A DNA stretch of 54,279 bases from a virus (lineage: Duplodnaviria > Heunggongvirae > Uroviricota > Caudoviricetes). The notes under the pieces are model-generated. The model did not search any database and was not told the DNA's origin. It saw nothing but the letters and a program-made list of their open reading frames with translations. Shown piece by piece: positions 50,834 to 54,279 of this stretch; positions within the stretch are counted from its first letter, which is position 1, and the number at the start of each line of letters is the position of its first letter. The stretch is taken from the IMG/VR virus record IMGVR_UViG_3300037466_003757, positions 118,680-172,958 of that record, one strand, 5' to 3'. The position numbers and the translations under genes are program-made.

Positions 50834-53800
50834 TCATCCGCGGAACCTGCTCGTGTATTGACCACTCGACAGTTCGCGACGCAATTCCTCCATCGCTTTC
50901 TGCGGATCCATTCCGTTGAAGATGATCGTGTCCGCGATTTTGTACGGATCGACGCCCATTTGCGTGGCTTGATTCGCGTAATCCACGACCTTGCCACCCT
51001 GCTGAATGCCCTGGTACGCGGAATCCACAATCTTGTCGGACCACTTTTCGAGTCCGATCGGCTGCAGGAATTCGCCGAGAATCTCGGATCCCGCGCTCTT
51101 CGCCCATCCGGTGAACTGATCTGATACGGTCGTTCCCGCATTGATTCCAGTGTTCTGTTCGGCTTCACCGAGCGACGAATGCGGAATTTCGACTGGCGCG
51201 TTGTTGATCGTGTTCTGATCTTGCGGATTGAGCGAATTGTCATCTTGCGGACCACCGGACGGTTTACCGATCGGCGGAGCAGGCGTGTTCAAAATGCCCT
51301 GCGGCGAATTAACGGTCGGAATCTTTGCAATGCCGACAGCCAACGCGATTGCCTGCATGACTGATTGCCATTGCTGCGGATTGAGCAGCGCTTCCGGCTT
51401 GTTGAGACCGTTGAAGACCTGCGTCATACCTGGCTTGATAACTCCGCCGGTGTCGTACCAGTGCGGATCGTTACTTTGCCAGAAATTCCACGCTTTGATC
51501 GGATCGCCGTAACGATCGCGGATATAGCGTGCACCGGCGTCGGCTTGAACCGTGGGATTCGCGTTCTCGTCGGGAAGATACGCGTCTTTAGTCGAACCAA
51601 GGAATTGGAACAGACCGAATGCACCGGACGATGGGTTACGTGCAGTCGGATTCCACGAGGATTCGCCGTTGATCAGATTGACAGCGGCGTCCCATTCGGC
51701 GCCCTTGTCCCAACCGTAGTTCGCGAAAATAGTACGGACTTGATCCTGTACGGGTCCGGTACCAGGTGCGATCGAGCCAGGACGATAACTGCTTCCCGAT
51801 GCTTTGTCTTTTTCGTCGGCCTTACCGCGGACGAAATCGATGGTCTTCTGCGAGACGAGATCGTACCATTTACGCGGCGTTTGACCGAGCGCGGACGGAC
51901 CGAAATCGGGAATTGAATTTCCGATCGCCCGTATCGGCTTTTCGAACAGATCAGCGACTTTATCGCGTACCCAGTGCGTCGCGCCGCCGATCGCGTTTCC
52001 AATCGCACTGCCGATTTTGCCGAGTAGACTTTGGTCACGTTGACCTGGTTTGAACGAACCTCCGAAATCGGGAAGCGTGTAGTTGATTCCGAACAGCGGA
52101 TCGTTCGAACCACGTGCGACTCCACCGAACTGAACGCCGTAATCACCGGACGATTCCGCGTTGACGCCATCGATGGTACCGGCCATGTGCGAGTTTTCGC
52201 CACCACCGCCGCGCATGATACCGACTGTGATGGCGCCGGACAGACCCGGTTTCCATCCCATGTCATCGAAGTCGGATTCGGTATTGAACAATCGGGGACC
52301 GTTGGCGGCTTCGCCACGGAGTACGTGAACGATACCGGACCACAGACCCGAGCAGTCCCAGCTGGGATCGCCGACGCCACCGTATTGATACGGCTTACCA
52401 GATTCGCCCTGCATGAACGATTTGGCGCGATTGATCGCATCTTCGACAGAACCACCAGCAGCGAACGCCGGAATGAACATTCCCTCGGCTGGTGTCGCTC
52501 CCGATTTCGTTTTCGGTAAACTTGCCAGACCGGGATCGCCTTTGACGAAACGATCCAGATTCTCCTTACCGACGCGCGAAACTGCCTCGGCGGGAAGAAC
52601 GTACTCGCCGTTGGACAAACGAGCGAGAATCCTGTCGTCTTTTGGTCCGCCAGGTCCCGTGACGAAACCACCAGTAGCGAAACCGTCGATATGCGGCAGT
52701 TTCAGATTATCAAGTCCGATAAAGCCGGCAATCGCGTTCCACGCCTTGGCGATACCGTCGTTGTAAATCGTATTGACGACGAACGATACTGGTTTGCGGG
52801 TAATATCGATGATCTTGTTCCAGATCGTCTCGATACCTTTGACCATATTGTCGAAGAAGTCGTGCAATCCTTGCAACGCGGACTTGAATCCGTCGAGTGC
52901 TGGTTTGACGACATTGTCGACCACCCAGCTGATCGCTTTACCGAGCGCGTCCCAGATCGGCTTGACGATATTGACATACAACCAGTTGATCGTATCGGCA
53001 ATAAAGTGAATAGCATCCACCATCGCGTCCCATGCGGGCTTGATGATGTTGTCCCATTCCCAAGAAATAACCTTGCCGATACCATCGAAGACTGGTTCGA
53101 TGACTTCGTGCCACCACCACATGAAGATGCTGGCGACAAATTTGATTATGTCGACCACGAATCCGAAGACCGGTTTCGCGATGTTGTCCCACCACCACTG
53201 AATTACAGCGCCGATGACTTGGAACGCCGGTTCGATGACGTTGTGCCACCACCACAGAATGACCGGAACCAACGTGTCTTGAATAAAATGCCACAGCCAT
53301 TCGAGGGCTGGTTTCAGTACATTGTTCCAGGCGAATTCGACCGCGGTCTGAATGCCCTTCCACGCGGCCTGTACGATCGCGCGGAATCGATCGCTGTGCT
53401 GATACGCCAAAACGACGGCTGCGATCAACGCGCCGATCGCCAATACGATAAGCGCAATCGGGTTGGCGTCCATGACAATATTGAAGGCAGCTTGTACAGC
53501 AGCCCACGCCTTGGTCGCAGCCGAAGCGATCGTTTGCGTAATCGTCCAGGTACGAATGGTCCCGATCAGACCGAGTACGGCGCTCTTCGCACCGTTGATG
53601 GTGCTCGCCATTTGCGCACGACCGAACGCAATCGCTTCGACGGTGGCAGTCTTGATACTGCTGCCGAGCGACGAGAACATTCCACCGAGACCGGTGAGCG
53701 CACTCTTGGCGCCGTCGAGTGCCGCGCTGCCAAGTTTCGTTGCGAAATCACCGGCCGCGCGTCCTGCGTCGGCGATTGCGCCACCGGCAGTTTTCGCGGC

Positions 53801-54279
53801 TCCAGCTGTCTTGTCGATGAACGCGGATCCGGCTTTTTGTCCGAGATCCACGATCGAACCGGCGGCATCCTTGATCGCTTCGCCGAGATCGACCATTCCC
53901 TTTTTGGCAGGCGCGATCCAGCCCGAGAATTTCTCGGCCATACTTGGTCCAGTGCCGATACCCTGTACGGCCGCAGCAAATCCACGCGCGCTGTCCGCCG
54001 CTCCGCCGAGCGCACTACCGATTTGACCGGGCAGCGCGACGAGAGTACTCAATCCGGACGTCGCCAGTTTCCAACCGACGAACGCCGCGCCGAGAGCGAC
54101 GATTTCCGGCGCCAGCGGTTTGGCGATACCGAGCAGATCCTTGAGAACCGAAACGACCGGTGGAAGCACTTCGGCACCCAAGTGAATGAGTGCTTGTACG
54201 TACGGTTTGATGGCGTCCAGGAACGCTTTGATCGTGTCGACCAGCGGCGGAATGATTCCGCCGAGATCGGTGAAGATTT
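50834..54279 (-). CDS. Tape measure protein (5' end outside the window) with peptidoglycan-hydrolase domains
   Basis: Frame open to the window edge; Trp/Phe-periodic helical repeats; FATGG..GPG; YQYGG...DCSG...HMAG; GESSWNPTARN.SSGAFGLFQF. Confidence 0.95.
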   Translation of the reverse strand, partial: IFTDLGGIIPPLVDTIKAFLDAIKPYVQALIHLGAEVLPPVVSVLKDLLGIAKPLAPEIVALGAAFVGWKLATSGLSTLVALPGQIGSALGGAADSARGFAAAVQGIGTGPSMAEKFSGWIAPAKKGMVDLGEAIKDAAGSIVDLGQKAGSAFIDKTAGAAKTAGGAIADAGRAAGDFATKLGSAALDGAKSALTGLGGMFSSLGSSIKTATVEAIAFGRAQMASTINGAKSAVLGLIGTIRTWTITQTIASAATKAWAAVQAAFNIVMDANPIALIVLAIGALIAAVVLAYQHSDRFRAIVQAAWKGIQTAVEFAWNNVLKPALEWLWHFIQDTLVPVILWWWHNVIEPAFQVIGAVIQWWWDNIAKPVFGFVVDIIKFVASIFMWWWHEVIEPVFDGIGKVISWEWDNIIKPAWDAMVDAIHFIADTINWLYVNIVKPIWDALGKAISWVVDNVVKPALDGFKSALQGLHDFFDNMVKGIETIWNKIIDITRKPVSFVVNTIYNDGIAKAWNAIAGFIGLDNLKLPHIDGFATGGFVTGPGGPKDDRILARLSNGEYVLPAEAVSRVGKENLDRFVKGDPGLASLPKTKSGATPAEGMFIPAFAAGGSVEDAINRAKSFMQGESGKPYQYGGVGDPSWDCSGLWSGIVHVLRGEAANGPRLFNTESDFDDMGWKPGLSGAITVGIMRGGGGENSHMAGTIDGVNAESSGDYGVQFGGVARGSNDPLFGINYTLPDFGGSFKPGQRDQSLLGKIGSAIGNAIGGATHWVRDKVADLFEKPIRAIGNSIPDFGPSALGQTPRKWYDLVSQKTIDFVRGKADEKDKASGSSYRPGSIAPGTGPVQDQVRTIFANYGWDKGAEWDAAVNLINGESSWNPTARNPSSGAFGLFQFLGSTKDAYLPDENANPTVQADAGARYIRDRYGDPIKAWNFWQSNDPHWYDTGGVIKPGMTQVFNGLNKPEALLNPQQWQSVMQAIALAVGIAKIPTVNSPQGILNTPAPPIGKPSGGPQDDNSLNPQDQNTINNAPVEIPHSSLGEAEQNTGINAGTTVSDQFTGWAKSAGSEILGEFLQPIGLEKWSDKIVDSAYQGIQQGGKVVDYANQATQMGVDPYKIADTIIFNGMDPQKAMEELRRELSSGQYTSRFRG

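Noticed and set aside
50834-52700. Peptidoglycan-hydrolase domains in the tape measure as a novelty
   Set aside because: These are well known in actinophage tape measure proteins.

Overview
This window is part of a siphovirus-type actinobacteriophage genome. LysA/LysB, WhiB and a class Ib NrdF point to a mycolic-acid-containing host such as Rhodococcus, Gordonia or Mycobacterium (inference). There are three blocks. (1) 1-3725, minus strand: prim-pol primase, a DUF3987-like helicase and a candidate iteron origin. (2) 4025-34421, plus strand: early genes, DNA metabolism, replication and recombination, three GIY-YIG homing endonucleases and a MoxR-VWA module. (3) 34500-54279, minus strand: tape measure (5'-truncated), minor tail and fibre genes, and lysis. 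The main finding is a two-part cytosine hypermodification system. It has a thymidylate-synthase homologue with the dCMP-type Asp, a dNMP kinase, a T4 gp56-like dCTPase/dUTPase and three DNA glycosyltransferase-like genes. It also has a divergent C5-methyltransferase with a natural motif X Asn->Lys change, the substitution that turns engineered C5-MTases into carboxymethyltransferases. Other candidates are a GCT-TGA-ACG-GCT 9-nt insert in the Walker A motif of a Sak4-like ATPase (possible ribosomal stop-hop) and a promoter-proximal tRNA-like RNA leading the glycosyltransferase operon. All family assignments come from motif recognition by eye; no searches were run.
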